A stretch of DNA of 64,000 bases from the human T2T-CHM13v2.0 reference genome, Homo sapiens. A program made the translations under genes and the position numbers. The stretch is from the NCBI RefSeq assembly GCF_009914755.1, contig NC_060943.1; one strand, written 5' to 3'. Under the pieces are notes generated by a model. It had not been told where the DNA came from and made no database searches. It was given only the letters and a program-made list of their open reading frames with translations. Shown one piece after another: positions 1 to 20,269 of this stretch (positions are counted from its first letter, which is position 1; every line of letters starts with the position of its first letter).

Positions 1-135
1 ATAAATGTGAGGCAATGCACATGTAAATTAGCTCAATTTAGCCTTTTCACAACGTATACTATTTCAGCACATCATGTTGTACACCATAAGTACATACAAT
101 TTTTATTTGCCCTAAAAAATAAATCAGTAATGCTT
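1..135 (+). mobile_element. Old L1M 3'-end fragment
   Basis: catcatgttgtacaccataag...tacaatttttattt followed by an A-rich tail. Confidence 0.6.
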
Positions 136-572
136 AAAAAAATTAAATTTCATATTGTAGGGGGGGAAACAGTGCATGATGTTGCAATGTACTGCGTTTC
201 ATTTCCTGAAGCGTCAGCGAAAGACCAGCCCTGGGGTAGAAGACCGGAGCGGAGGGAGCGTGGCCTCCCCAGCTCCCCACTTCCTTCTCAAGCTGCAGGC
301 TGAACTAGGGTCTCTGGAACTGGGCTAAGGCGCCCCCGTGTCTGCAGCCTCTCTGCGGGGCTTCATGGACTCCAGCAAAAGGCTTGAGGCTGGAAACGAG
401 GGTATGAGCGTGCGGAGAGGTAGGGTGAGGTTGGGTTTCTGCAAGGAAATAATAATCACCGTGCTTAACTGATGTACTAGGCACCAGGCTGAAGGCCCCA
501 TCAGCTGGCGAGGCTGGGAGAGAAATTGACATCCCCTCTTGCTGCCCCGCCGTTGGCTGGAAACAGTCATGA

Positions 573-587
573 GCCGCCACCTAGCGG
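573..587 (-). promoter_or_regulatory. CTCF-like motif CCGCTAGGTGGCGGC
   Basis: Close match to the CTCF core CCASYAGRKGGCRS in unique CpG-containing sequence. Confidence 0.6.
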
Positions 588-699
588 CGAAAATGACAGC
601 AACAACTTGGACCTAGAGCTGGGGCCACGGAACGAAAGGCGTCATCCCTTTAAATTAGGACAATTGCCCTCTCTCAGGGCAGCTTCTCTGTTCTGGTTA

Positions 700-2071
<1,372 letters not shown>

Positions 2072-2278
2072 CTAACAACTTGCAGCTGTGTTTTAAAACT
2101 GGATGTTCTCCCTGAGGACTTGAATATAAAGCTTTGTCAGTTGCTTGGTGTGGTGAAGCAATGAGAGTGTTTTTTTCGGGGGAGGAGGTGTCAGATAGAT
2201 CAAGAATTTATAATTAGCATAAGAAATGTACTTCTTAACAAAGCCAGCCTGGGCAACATAGTGAGATTCCCATCTCTA

Positions 2279-2494
<216 letters not shown>

Positions 2495-2590
2495 TTAGCA
2501 ATATGAAACAAGAACAATTTTCCATAAAGCAAGAGGCTTATGGAAATAAAAAGTATAAAAATACATGATGGTAAAAAATATATAACATTA

Positions 2591-2827
<237 letters not shown>

Positions 2828-2926
2828 TTATATTAAGATCAGAAAAAATAAGAGAAAAGTCATCGTACGATATAAGGGACAGGTGTTTCTCAAAATCCAA
2901 AATCTTCTCTGCTAAGAGAATCCTGA

Positions 2927-3094
<168 letters not shown>

Positions 3095-3334
3095 TAATTT
3101 TTGAATTTTTAGTAGAGACGGGGTTTCACCATGTTGGTCAGGCTGGTCTCAAACTCCTGACCTCGTGATTCGCCCACCTCAGCCTCCCAAAGTGCTGGGA
3201 TTACAGGCCTGAGCCACCGCACCCAGCCGAGAACCCTGATTTTGTTCAGGTGTCAGTTGGCCACCCTTGTTCCTTGGAGACTTGGCCCTTTTCTAGTTTC
3301 AGGCATGAATCTTGATTAGTCTAAGGCTTAGTGA

Positions 3335-3545
3335 CGTGCTGGTTGTGAAAGTGTGGTCCCTGAACCAGCAGCGTCAGCATCACCTGGGAGCTCGTCAGAA
3401 AGGCAAATTCTTGAGCCCCACCCCAGACCTACTGAATCAGTCAGAAACTCTGAAGGTGAGCTTTTCCTTTCTCCTCCTCTCCAACCTATGGTTTGACAAG
3501 TCCTCCAGGTGATTCTGATGCACACTGAAGTTTAAACACCTTTAG
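3335..3545. mobile_element. MER5A (hAT-Charlie) DNA transposon fossil
   Basis: cagcagcgtcagcatcacctgggagctcgtcagaaa...ccccagacctactgaatcag...ccaggtgattctgatgcacactgaagttt. Confidence 0.75.
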
Positions 3546-3625
3546 CCCAGTTAGGTAAACTCACGCCCACTGCTAGTGGTTATTTAAGGAAGGGGCTGGA
3601 TGCAATTGTGTTTCTTGAGATGTGA

Positions 3626-4043
<418 letters not shown>

Positions 4044-4045
4044 TA

Positions 4046-4243
<198 letters not shown>

Positions 4244-4511
4244 TCACTTGAGCTTAGGAGGTCAAGGCTGCAGTGAGACACCATACTGGGATTACAGGCG
4301 TGAGACACCACTCCAGGTCTGGGTTCTCTTTTTTTTTTTTTTTTTTTTGAGACAGAGTCTCACTCTTTCGCCCAGGCTGCAATGAAGTGGCACCATCTTG
4401 GCTCACAGCAACCTCCACCCCGCAGATTCAAGCGATTCTCCTGCCTCAGCCTCCTGAGCAGCTGGGATTACAGGCGCCCGCCACCAAGCCTGGCTAATTT
4501 TTATATTTTAG

Positions 4512-4604
<93 letters not shown>

Positions 4605-5085
4605 TAGCTGAGATTACAGGCATGCACCACCACGCCCGGCTAATTTTGTATTTTTAGTAGAGACAGGGTTTCTCTGTGTTGGTCAGGTTGGTCTCCAATT
4701 CCTGACCTCCGGTGATCTGCCTGCCTCGGCCTCCCAAAGTGCTGGGATTACGGGTGTGAGCCACTGTGCCCGGCTGATCTTACATTTTCTTGTGCACTTA
4801 TTCATGAGCTTTTTTTTTTTTTATGAAAATGAATTCCTACCATCCATTCTCCTTCCAAACTGCTCATACCCAGTATTCCCAAGGTTTTTGCACATGTATA
4901 TAACAGAATGTCAAAGTAGATTCATTGCAATCTCAGTTTCTGCTCAGGCCCAAAGATTATAGATGCCAGCGAGGTCAGATCTCACAGTAAGGCCATTTCT
5001 GCATGACTTCAGGAGAAAATGCTGAAAACCTAATTTCCCCACACCCTTGGCCTCTTGTCCACCTGAAGGTAAGAAAGGAGTGTTG

Positions 5086-5286
5086 GGGGGAAGGGGGAGG
5101 GATAGCATTAGGAGATATACCTAATGCTAAATGACGAGTTAGTGGGTGCAGCACACCAGCATGGCACATGTATACATATGTAACTAACCTGCACATTGTG
5201 CACATGTACCCTAAAACTTAAAGTATAATAATAATAAAATAAAATAAAAATAAATAAATAAATAAAAATTAAAAAAAGAAAAAAAA
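5086..5286 (+). mobile_element. Young 5'-truncated L1PA (L1PA2/3-like) 3' end with polyA and 15-bp TSD
   Basis: GCATTAGGAGATATACCTAATGCTAAATGACGAG...TAAAGTATAAT; TSD AAGAAAGGAGTGTTG at 5071-5085 and 5287-5301. Confidence 0.9.
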
Positions 5287-5309
5287 AAGAAAGGAGTGTT
5301 GAGATTAGA

Positions 5310-5600
5310 AGGTATTTTTTTTCCTATTGGGATACAGGTGGTGTTTGGTTGCATGAGTAAGTTCTTTAGTGGTGCTTTGTGAGATTGTGGTGTAGCCATC
5401 ACCCAAGCAGTATACACTGCACCCCATTTATAGTCTTTTATCCCTCGCCCCCCTCTCACCTTTCCCCCCAAGTCCCCAAAGTCCATTGTATCATTCTTAT
5501 GCCTTTGCATCCTCATAGTTTAGCTCCCACATATCAGTGAGAACATATGATGTTTGGTTTTCCATTCCTGAGTTACTTCACTTAGAATAATAGTCTCCAG
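5310..5600 (-). mobile_element. L1PB-like 3' fragment
   Basis: ggtggtgtttggttgcatgagtaagttctttagtggtg...ttccattcctgagttacttcacttagaataat. Confidence 0.7.
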
Positions 5601-5780
5601 AGATTAGAAGAGTTTTTGTTTTGTTTTGTTTCTGTGTGTTTGTTTACGTAAGCTGTTGGTGTGCTGTGAGTCCCATCCTCTGTCCACCGTAGATGTGTGA
5701 TGGAGGATGACAGTCTCTTCAACTGGACAATTCAGAGTAGTTATATGGGGTGAGGGGCGGGTCCAGAGAGGAATGGGGTC

Positions 5781-6416
<636 letters not shown>

Positions 6417-6567
6417 GGGTCTTTCCTCATTGGAGAGAGAGGGTGGGAGGAGAGAGAGAGGGTGGGAGGGGAGAGAGGGGAGAGGGGAGAAATGGGGGAG
6501 GGGGGGAGAGGGGGGAGAGAGAATGAATATGAGAATGAATGTACCAGGAGCTTTTATCCTTTGCAGG

Positions 6568-6582
6568 AGCGCCACCTGGAGG
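6568..6582 (-). promoter_or_regulatory. CTCF-like motif CCTCCAGGTGGCGCT
   Basis: Close match to the CTCF core consensus, same orientation as the 573-587 motif. Confidence 0.6.
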
Positions 6583-6880
6583 TAGGAGGTGAAGTCTGCA
6601 GAGAGAAGCTGGAAATGTACTGACGGATCCCCAAGGATTCAGTAATGTGACCAAGTGGAGGAGCTGCATTTACAGGCATCAAGGGAACTGCAGGTGAGAG
6701 GTCTGCAGCCTTGCAAGAGAGTGGGGGAAGCAGGAGAAGCTCCACGTGGGGAGATAAAGGAAAAGCTGACCACGCTTCCTCCACGTTGCAGGCAACCTGC
6801 CGAAAGGATTTTAATCACTGAGCTGACACTGTATTTTTTTCTTGTATGTGACTTTTTTAAGAAGCAGCTGGAAGTCTTTA

Positions 6881-7189
<309 letters not shown>

Positions 7190-7908
7190 TCAAAAAAAAA
7201 AAAAGTTATGAGACTTGCTTTATATGTCACCCAAGGGCACAGGTAAAGAATTAGACCTAGGAGTTGGGTTGATAGGGCAATGGGAAAAAAGAAAAAAATT
7301 GTTTACTGAATCAAGGGAATAATCACACCTACATCTTTGCAACTCACGTGCTTACAACTAGGGCAACCAAATTGTTCCGGTTCGCCCAGGATTTTCTCTG
7401 GTTTAGCCCTGAAATTTCTGTGTCCTGGGAAATTCCTCATTTCTGTTTTAAAACCGAAAGTCCCACATCCTAAGACACACACACACGCCCCTGCACACAC
7501 CAATCCTGGTAAAACGGTAACAGTTGGTCATACTATCTACAACAACCCTATTCGAGATCTGTGTCTTCACGATGAGGAAAGGCACATGCAGTTCTGGAGA
7601 TTTTAACACGTGTTCCCAAGGTCACACAACCTGCCCTTGTATCCAGCACTGAAAGCAGATGACTCTCCTCTTTCCACGATTCTAAGCCTCTTCCCGTAGC
7701 ATGTCCCATGTGGAAGAGAAAAGTTAAGAAAATGAAACTGGCCAAAACTTGCTACTGCATTTGTGATTTTAGAAAGTAAATGATCAGACATTATTAAAAT
7801 TATCAATGCAAAAAGAAAGTGAGACTGAACAGATTGTTTACCTTAACAAGATCAAGTTAAACTCGTATAGGGCTTATATATAATGCCGCTTAAAAGCTCA
7901 AGTTTATG

Positions 7909-8266
7909 CGGGGCAGTTTTGGTGGAAGAAGCTCAGGCAGTCCCTCTGGTGGTCGTTATAGATCTGGCCGTGGAACTGGTGGATATGAAAACAGAAGGTT
8001 CTAAAAACAGCAGAAAAGGGCAACAGTTCTTAGCAGGAGAGACAGTGAGGAAAGCTGCAGGTTACTTGGAGACAGTCGTCCCAAATGCATTAGAGGAGGT
8101 GTAAAAATCTGCCACAGAAGGAACAATGATCCATAGTCAGAAAAGTTACTGCAGCTTAAGCAGGAAACCCTTCTTGTTCAGGACTGTCATAGCCACAGTT
8201 TGCAAAAAGTGCAGCTATTGATTAATGTGATGTAGTGTCAATTAGAGGTACATCCCTGAGGTCTTT
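7909..8266 (+). pseudogene. 5'-truncated processed pseudogene fragment of HNRNPA3 (last ~30 codons + proximal 3'UTR)
   Basis: Translates GSFGGRSSGSPSGGRYRSGRGTGGYENRRF* (TAA 8002-8004) versus recalled hnRNP A3 GSFGGRSSGSPYGGGYGSGGGSGGYGSRRF*; recognisable 3'UTR follows; TSD GCTCAAGTTTATG at 7896-7908 and 8767-8779; TT|AAAA site at 7890-7895. Confidence 0.85.
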
Positions 8267-8378
8267 AAAACAAAACAAACTCAGCCAGGCACGGTGGCTC
8301 ACACCTGTAATCCCAGTGCTTTGGGAAGCTGAGGCCGGCAGATCACCTGAGGCTGGGAGATTGAGACCAGCCTGGCTA

Positions 8379-9134
<756 letters not shown>

Positions 9135-9269
9135 TAGACAGGGTTTTACCATTTTCCCCAGGCTGGTCTCGAACTCCTATGCTCAAGCAATCAACCTGCC
9201 TCAGCCTCCCAAAGTGCTGGGATTACAGGCATGAACCACAGAGCCTGGCATGATACTAGAAAAATTCTT

Positions 9270-9505
9270 TTTTTTTTTGACATTTAAGTTCAGGGGTACA
9301 TGGGCAGGATGTGCAGGTTTGTTACACGGGTAAACGTGTGTCATGGGGGTTTGTTGTACAGATTATTTTTTTTCTAGTGTATTTACTACTTCCTGATTAT
9401 CAGATTATTTTATCACCCAGTTATTAAGCCTAGTACCCACTAGTTATTTTTCCTGATCCTCTCTCTGCTACCACCCTCCACCCTCTGACAGGCCCCAGCA
9501 TGTGT
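9270..9505 (-). mobile_element. L1PA (older) 3' fragment with TSD GAAAAATTCTT
   Basis: ggggtacatgggcaggatgtgcaggtttgttac...; TSD at 9259-9269 and 9506-9516. Confidence 0.75.
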
Positions 9506-9664
9506 GAAAAATTCTTATAGTCTTCTAGAAAATACAATAGGTAGCCTTTGGAACATAGGGTATCATAAAGAGAAGCTGTAGAAAATATATTTCTTTGAAT
9601 TTTTTTTTTTTTTTTTTTTTTACAAATGATCACTATAATGTTTAAAATATGTTTACCACCTACA

Positions 9665-10311
<647 letters not shown>

Positions 10312-10443
10312 TTAAGCCCTATCCTCGTCAGACTGATGATCTGTGCTTTCTCTGAACTAACAGGATTTATATATTCCTTTTTAACAGCAAGGAACTCAGG
10401 TTATCCATGGCCCCTTTATGAAGTTGCTCCTGCTGGTACATGA

Positions 10444-10817
<374 letters not shown>

Positions 10818-10902
10818 TGACCTCCCAAAGTGTTGGGATTACAGGTGTGAGCTACTGCGCCCGGCCACATATTAAATCTTTTTTTTTTTTTTTTTTTTTT
10901 GA

Positions 10903-11013
<111 letters not shown>

Positions 11014-11092
11014 TGAGACTACAGGCACCCGCCACCACACCTGGCTAATTTTTTGTATTTATAGTAGAGATATGTTAGCCAGGATGGTCTCA

Positions 11093-11400
<308 letters not shown>

Positions 11401-11430
11401 CAGATCGTATCACATATCAAGACTTACTCT

Positions 11431-12200
11431 TGTTGACAAAAAGAGTCAAACTCTATAAAATATTTGAAGAGATTTATTCTGAGCCAAATATGATAATGAC
11501 CATGGCCCCTGACACAGCCCTAAGGAGGTCCTGAGACCATGTACCCAAGGTGGTCGGGGGGCAGCTTGGTTTTATACATTTTAGGGAGGCGTGAGGCATC
11601 AATCAAACACATTTGAGAAATACATTGGTTTGGTCCAGAAAGGCTGGACAATTTGAAGGAGGCAGGGCCTTCCAGGCTTTAGGTAAATTAAAACATTTTC
11701 TGGTTGACAATTGGTTGAGTTTGTCTAAAGACCTGGGATTAATAGAGAGGAAATATTCAGGTTAAGATAAAAGATTGTGGAGACCAAGGTTCTTTTGAAG
11801 TCTTATAGTGGCTGCCCTTAGAGACAATAGATGACAAATGTTTCCTACTCAGACCTTCAAAAGTTGCTAGATTCTTAGTTAACCTCCTCAGGATTGGGAG
11901 GTCCTGGAGGAAAAAGATCTAGCAATGTTAACAGAGATCCTTTACATATGCAAATATTCCCCCCCACCAAGGACAGCTTTGCAGGGCCATTTAAAAATAT
12001 GGCAAAGAAACATGTTTTGGGGTAAAATATTTTTATTTTCTTCTTTGTTAGGTAATGTTATGCCAGAGTCAGATTGGAAAGTAAGTCACGATATATAGGG
12101 CTAAATAAAACCCATCTGATGAGAATTTATGGTTTGTAGGGCATGAGACCCCAGACCCCTTAGATAAGAATCTGGGCAAGATAAAAAAAAAAAATCAGAG
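11431..12200. mobile_element. MER4-family ERV1 LTR
   Basis: gagatttattctgagccaaatatg...ccaaggtggtcgggg...gcttggttttatacattttagggag. Confidence 0.7.
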
Positions 12201-12699
12201 CTGAGTCCTCACTATGGTAATTCAGTGAGTGTGACTACCAGCATAGATGTCCATAAAGGATATCCATTAGGGCCACCCATTTTAATAATGTTTGCCAGGA
12301 CCCTTCAATCAAAACAAAATCCATTCTCAGAATAGCTTAGAATCAAAGGAGGACTTTTTGGGTTTTTTTGGTTCAAGAAGGATTGGGCAAGAAAACTGCA
12401 GGGAGTGAAGGAATGCTGAGCTTTGGAAGCAATTAGAACCAAGAAAACAAAAGCTGAAAGCACTGTTACTCACTCCCGCTTCCCGGATGCTCCCTGAGTC
12501 ATCTTTGTGTTTCTCCATAAAGACTGGCTTCCTCCACATGGCGAGACAGATGGCCACCAAGAACTCCCAAGCTTAAAAAAGAATGACTCTCTGTGGCAAG
12601 AAAACAAAGAGACACTCCTCCCCACCTTGCTACTCCCTATGTGGCCTCCACACTGCAACCTGGGACTGTGTAGTGAGGGGAGGGGGAGCGAAGAAGTTT

Positions 12700-14351
<1,652 letters not shown>

Positions 14352-14498
14352 AGGTTGTTCCTTCAGATGCAGCAATCCTGGGAGCTTCTGGTTAGGACAA
14401 GATACAAGCAGAGACAGCTTCATGGGTATTGTAAACTCAATGTTTGTGTCCCGACAAAATTCAGCTGTTGGAACCTAACCCCAAGGTGATGGTATTTG

Positions 14499-15326
<828 letters not shown>

Positions 15327-15624
15327 TGAGCCACTGCGCCCGGCCCAGTCTCTTTCACTATGTAAGGACACAGCAAGAAGGTGCCAGCTATGAACCAGGA
15401 AAAAAGCCCTCAGCAGACACTGAATCTACCAGTGCTTTGGTCTTGGACTTCCAGCCTCCAGAACCATGAGAAATAACTATGTGTTGTCTGTAAGCTGCCA
15501 GGTCTTTGGTATGTTGATAGCAGCCTGGATGGACTAAGACACTCTCTCCTTCCCTCTCATGCCCTGGACCCTCATCAGGGCCAGAAGTGGTTGGGGTGAT
15601 GGCCCAAGCAGACTTTAAAAAGCA

Positions 15625-17088
<1,464 letters not shown>

Positions 17089-17352
17089 TGACCTCAGATG
17101 ATCCACCCACCTCGGCCTCCCAAAGTGCTGGGATGACAGGCGTGAGCCCGGCCGTTTTCTTTTTTGCTTGTTGTGCTTCCTGGAGATGCTCAGTAATTCT
17201 TACATTCTTTCCTGGATAGCTGGTCAATCATTATTTATTATTTCCTTGAATTGTTCTAGGAGGAAATGTGGGGTAGAAAGAGTATGGTGGGGTTCTTGGG
17301 CATGAATAATCCATAAATAAGTCAGATTTCTTTTTAAGACGAGAAACTTAAT

Positions 17353-17358
17353 TTTATT
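17353..17358 (-). terminator. VSTM1: VSTM1 polyadenylation signal AATAAA
   Basis: tttatt on + strand ~105 nt after the stop codon. Confidence 0.75.
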
Positions 17359-17462
17359 GATATGGACGAAGAGCAAGGAAACACAGTATCTGCATCTCCA
17401 GATTTCCGATAACCTTGGCCAGCACGATCCCCCCTCTTTTAGTGGCCAGGGCTGTCTTCTTG

Positions 17463-17582
17463 CTACACTTTCAGTGCCGCATATTCATGAGATCCTGGGG
17501 GCTCCTGGGTGGTGTCTGAAGCTGCCTCAGACAGGGCGCTGGTGCTTAGCTCAGCATAGGTCACTCCTTGGGGGTCTGCCGT
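17463..17582 (-). CDS. VSTM1: VSTM1 exon 9 CDS with ITIM-type motifs VTYAEL and HEYAAL, TAG stop
   Basis: ttttctccaaag|ACGGCAGAC...GTGTAG; 120 nt. Confidence 0.96.
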   Translation of the reverse strand, partial: TADPQGVTYAELSTSALSEAASDTTQEPPGSHEYAALKV

Positions 17583-17758
17583 CTTTGGAGAAAATAGATG
17601 AATATTAGAACTGAGTGTTCAATATGGCAGCCACTAGCCACACATGGCTATTGACATTTAAGTTAATTACAATTAAATTTAATTTAAAACCCAGGTCCTC
17701 GGTCACACCAGATGCATTTCTTTTTCTTTTCTGTTTTTATAACCCTTTATGCCTGTGA

Positions 17759-17983
<225 letters not shown>

Positions 17984-18280
17984 TAGTAGAGATGGGGTTT
18001 CACCATGTTAACCAGGATGGTCTCGATCTCCTGACCTCATGATCCGCCCGCCTCGGCCTCCCAAAGTGCTGGGATTACAGGCGTGAGCCACCGCGCCCGG
18101 CCCATGCATAAGCCTTTTAAATGGAGATTTTGGTTCCCATTAGGGGAGTTTCGTGACTTGTCTAAGACCACATGCGTGATAAACAGTATACATTTCTGTA
18201 TGGGCTTAACCAGGAGGCACACACGACCAGCCCATTGTGGTGAGGGAGCTCTTGTGGGACTCCTAAGCGGGAGGACTCAC

Positions 18281-18318
18281 CGAGAGAGATACCCTTTCCA
18301 TATTGGATAAATCTGCCT
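18281..18318 (-). CDS. VSTM1: VSTM1 exon 8 (EADLSNMERVSLS)
   Basis: ctcactcag|AGGCAG...CTCTCG|gtgag; 38 nt. Confidence 0.92.
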
Positions 18319-18417
18319 CTGAGTGAGAAAGGAAAAAAAAAAATCAGTTCTCAGCTGCAGAAGTCAGAACTTAGTCTTTCTATCCGGTGATTCCCTTAAA
18401 CTTCCCCTGTCCCTTAC

Positions 18418-18455
18418 CGGCAGCCTCCTGCTCTGGAAGTTTGGAATGGCTGGTT
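18418..18455 (-). CDS. VSTM1: VSTM1 exon 7 (TSHSKLPEQEAA)
   Basis: ctttcag|AACCAGC...GCCG|gtaag; 38 nt. Confidence 0.92.
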
Positions 18456-18671
18456 CTGAAAGAGAGAGACACACGTGAAAGGATGGGATGTGAAGATTTC
18501 GGGGAGAGGGTGAGGGCAATGTAGGGGAGAGGAAGGGAGAAGAAGGGAGAGGAGGAAGGTCACAGAATGGGCTGGGGTGGGGGCTCAGGGTGCCAATCCC
18601 GGATGTGCCAATGGGTTCCCTTGAGAATGACATGGGAACTAAGTGGAGCATGAGCTATGCCAAGCATCTAC

Positions 18672-18699
18672 CTCTTGGTGGATTCCTCAGATGATGAAC
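18672..18699 (-). CDS. VSTM1: VSTM1 exon 6 (GSSSEESTKR)
   Basis: tttgtag|GTTCATCA...AAGAG|gtaga; 28 nt. Confidence 0.92.
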
Positions 18700-18779
18700 C
18701 TACAAAAAATGCAGGAGGAATTTACCTACCGAGAAAATCCTTCACTCCCCCTCTCTCCCTTTGCGTTCTCTGAGCTCAC

Positions 18780-18872
18780 CGTGCTGGCTGCATCTGTAGA
18801 TGATGAAGACTGAGAGGAAGAGGAGAAGGATGGAGATGCAGCTGAAGATGGCGACAAAGATGGTTCTGGTGT
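18780..18872 (-). CDS. VSTM1: VSTM1 exon 5, transmembrane (DTRTIFVAIFSCISILLLFLSVFIIYRCSQH)
   Basis: ccctccag|AC...CACG|gtgag; 93 nt, symmetric, so skipping gives the known soluble VSTM1-v2 form. Confidence 0.96.
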
Positions 18873-19235
18873 CTGGAGGGGGAAGAGCAGGTCAGGGAAT
18901 CAGCCTGGCTCCTGAAATCCACTGATAGGGGCGAGCCGAAAAGCTAAGAGAAGCCAGACAGATGGCCTGGCTTCCAAGCCTGGATCTCCCACCTCGGAGC
19001 TGGAACTTCCTATTGCTTTGGGGAATTTCCTTAATCTTCTCCAAGCTTCTGTTTCCCCATCTGTAAAGTGAGGATAGCAGCAGTAGCTACTTTATTGGAT
19101 GGTGGGTCAGTACCTATAGAAAGGGCTGGAACAGTGCTTGGCGCATAGGAAATTCCAAAAATTCCCAGGGAATGTTTGGTGCATAGCAATGATATTGATC
19201 ATTTATTGTGAGCCAGCTCTGTTCCAGGTGCTCCA

Positions 19236-19304
19236 TATATATATATACGTGTGTGTGTGTGTATATATATATATAAATGTATATATATGTGTGTGTATAT
19301 ATAA

Positions 19305-19361
<57 letters not shown>

Positions 19362-19362
19362 C
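19236..19362. repeat. (TA)n/(TG)n compound microsatellite
   Basis: Direct reading. Confidence 0.9.
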
Positions 19363-19634
19363 ACACTTTTTTTTTTTTGAGATGGAGTCGTGTTCTGTCA
19401 CCCAGGCTGGAGTGTGATCCTGGCTCACTGCAACCTCCACCTCCCTGGTTCAAACAATTCTCCTGACTCAGCCTCCTGAGTAGTTGGGATTACAGGCGTG
19501 AGCCACCACATCTGTCTGTGTAATCACTGTCTGAAATCCACTGATGGGGTGAGTAGAAAAGCTAAGAGAAGCCAGACAGATGGCCTGGCTTCCAAGCCTG
19601 GATCTCCCACCTTGGAGCTGGAACTTCCTTGGAG

Positions 19635-20269
19635 CTGGACATTTCGACCAATAGACTTTGAGTAAAGCAGATGACCCACTGTCATAGGGGTGGGCCTCAT
19701 CCAATCAGTTGAAGACTTTAAGACTTTAAGAGAAAAGACTGAGGTCCCCCAAGGTGGAAGGAATTCTGCCTCCAGACTCAAGCTGCAATATCAAGTCTCC
19801 CCTGGATCCCCTGCCTGCCTGCCCTGCAGATTTCAGACTTGCCAGCTCCCCACAATCACGTGAACCAATCCATTAAAATCAATCTCTCTCTCCATATATG
19901 TATATACATGTATATGTTCTCTTTTTTTTTTTTGAGACAAAGTCTCACTCTTATCGTCCAGGCTGGAGTGCAATAGTGCAATCTTGGCTCACTGCAAGCT
20001 CCGCCTCCCGGGTTCAAGCAATTCTCCTGCCTTAGCCTCCTGAGTAGCTGGGATTACAGATGCCCACCATCACGCCCGGCTAATTTTTGTATTTTTAGTA
20101 GAGACGGGGTTTCGCCATGTTGGCCACGCTGGTCTTGAACTACTGACCTCAGGCAATCCGCCTGCCTCGGCCTCCCAAAGTGCTGGGATTACAGGCGTGA
20201 GCCACCACACCCAGCTTATATCTATATGTTCTATTGGTTCTGTTTTTCTGGAAAACCCTGGCTAACACA
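19635..20269 (+). mobile_element. MLT2 (ERVL) LTR fragment with an Alu insertion
   Basis: gggcctcatccaatcagttgaag...ctattggttctgtttttctggaaaaccctggctaacaca. Confidence 0.7.

Noticed and set aside
3563-3582. Third CTCF-like site (CGCCCACTGCTAGTGG)
   Set aside because: Spacing does not fit the CTCF core consensus.
4938-5068. Plus-strand exon-like segment (tgctcag|...gaag|gtaaga)
   Set aside because: Splice-like ends only; no partner exons or coding homology.
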